From Leucoraja ocellata (taxonomy: Eukaryota), in NCBI GenBank assembly GCA_036785375.1, contig JAWMAR010000070.1, forward strand, positions 3,906,001-3,970,000: 64,000 bases of DNA, read 5' to 3'. A program made the translations under genes and the position numbers. The notes under the pieces are model-generated. The model was not told where the DNA came from. It searched no databases and worked only from the letters and a program-made list of their open reading frames with translations. This document shows, piece after piece, positions 62,251 to 64,000 of the stretch (position 1 is the stretch's first letter; each line of letters starts with the position of its first letter).

Positions 62251-63468
62251 GTGAGTGTTCTGATCTATTCGCCTTGAGGTGATGTTCATGGATTTCTTGT
62301 TATTTGCAGACGGCATCATTGCAGCTCGTGGTGTAAATGTGAGAGTTTGTTTGGGGGACTGGCAATTAATTGGCTGTTGCTTCCACCTGGGATGTGTTGA
62401 GCAATTTTAGCAAAGGAGAGACAAACGTGCACGTATCACAACGTGTTTAGTGCATTCCATCAAATTTCGGCCTTCCAACTTAAAAATATTATTTCTGGCT
62501 GCCACTTAAGGTCTCATACTCACTTTGAGTCGGAGAACGCACCAAATTCATTCTGTTTGGATCCGCCATCATTTCCAATGAAGGGTGTACAATTTCATGA
62601 TTATGTTCATGATTTTAACTGGTAATTTGTGTCAAATTCCAGTAATCTCACAAAATTAAAGTGGAATCTACTTGGCCGTCACTCGATCAAGTATAACCCT
62701 TAATTTTGTTAAAGAGAATTTTGAAAAGAACTTCCCAGTAGGTGTGGAGACGTTCAGATTGGAAGTCCAGAATAGAGTGTAAATCAGAGTGACCAAGTTT
62801 ATACAAGGCCAGTTCTTCTTAAAATATTTCAGTGTCATTCACCCTTGAGTCTTTATTACAAGATGTAATTCCCCCTCAACTAAATGTTCTTATGTTTTTT
62901 TGGTTATTATCATCTTATTTTCCCTTATGCATAATTTCATATATAATTAATTATGTCTCATGAGCAAAAAACATAAATTAACTAATTCACCCCAAAATAA
63001 TTTCATTCACCCTTGGGTGAACCATTCACTAGTTTAAGAAGCACTGGCCTCGGCTACAATTTCGCTGAACACTTGTGCTTGGTCTGTCATGATCCAGAAT
63101 CGCACTTGATAGACACCCCATCCTCAACCGCTGATGCAGAGCAGCAGCAGTTTGCACCATCTGCACGATGCACTGCAGCAACCCACCAAGACTCCCTAGA
63201 CAGCGCCTTCCAATTGCAACAGGCTCAGCGTTCAATGCATCATTATTCACCATTCACACCCACATTGGCTGGGAAGCGTTTGGAACGACCTGTGCAGATG
63301 GTGAGGGACAGTGTATAGTATATGTCTCTCATCGCAATCTAGGTGGAATTCAACAGAGTTAAGAAAATCATTGCGCGGACTCCCCTGTACACATTGACGC
63401 ATACTATAATGTATATGTTTGTGAAAGGCTAATTTTTCTCTTCAATTTATGAAAGATGATTCCTTCAG

Positions 63469-63786
63469 TTTCAGGTGCACTGCGGGCAGAGAGCGAAGTA
63501 CACGGGGTTGTGGGAAGAGCGATCACAATCGATTGTCACTATGCAGCAGTGTACCGCTCACACACAAAATACTGGTGCAACGGGACAAGTCGCCAGTGTA
63601 CACATGCAGTGGAAACAAATGGGGAACATGGACAGAGTGGAAGAGTGTCAATGTCAGATAACCCGGCACGAGGAATATTTACTGTGACTGTGGAGGATCT
63701 TAACTCTGGAGATACAGGATGGTACAGCTGTGGAATTACTACACCTGGCGAACCAACATTTAAAGTATATCTCCAAGTATCTGAAG
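63469..63786 (+). CDS. Gene E exon V4: CD300/pIgR-type Ig V domain
   Basis: 318-bp open phase-1/1 exon; KYWCNGTSRQC..ITTPGEPTF; gene continues past the window end. Confidence 0.92.
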
Positions 63787-64000
63787 GTAGGTTTCTCAAT
63801 GGGTGACTTTATGTCTCCACCTTGGCAACGGACAAAATATTTGTTAGGTGGGAGTCTGGTGCACAGTTCTGGTCGCCGCTTTATAAAACAAAAGATGTGG
63901 AAGGTTTGTAGAGTTTACAGAAACATGTTCACCCGGATATTTAGTAATAGTTTACAAATGTAACATGGAAACGGATCCTTCGGCCCACCGAGTCCTCACC

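Overview
Vertebrate genomic DNA, almost certainly elasmobranch (skate/ray-type CR1, L2, L1, Tx1, Rex1, Penelope-like and V-SINE repeats), with three assembly gaps (2603-2799, 37911-38110, 46747-47058). The window holds a tandem cluster of at least five multi-exon immunoglobulin-superfamily receptor genes. They are built from interchangeable phase-1/phase-1 exons of two kinds: CD300/TREM/pIgR-type V domains and Fc-receptor-like C2 domains, resembling skate MDIR (modular domain immune-type receptor) genes. Gene A (minus, L-V-V..., runs off the left edge). Gene B (minus, 8334-22440, complete: L-V-V-V-C2-V-C2-stalk-TM with Arg-short tail, activating type). Gene C (minus, a B copy with many 1-bp insertions; a CR1 replaces most of its tail exon). 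Gene D (plus, C2-stalk-neutral TM-long tail with ITIMs, inhibitory type; 5' end lost in a gap). Gene E (plus, L-V-C2-pseudoV-C2-V..., runs off the right edge). Main points: an activating/inhibitory paired-receptor arrangement; a C2 exon cassette inserted into gene E between 110-bp direct repeats, a direct footprint of domain shuffling; tandem in-frame splice acceptors; hammerhead-ribozyme-like cores in Penelope-type repeats. Exon boundaries were derived by hand from splice signals and reading-frame phase and have no transcript support.
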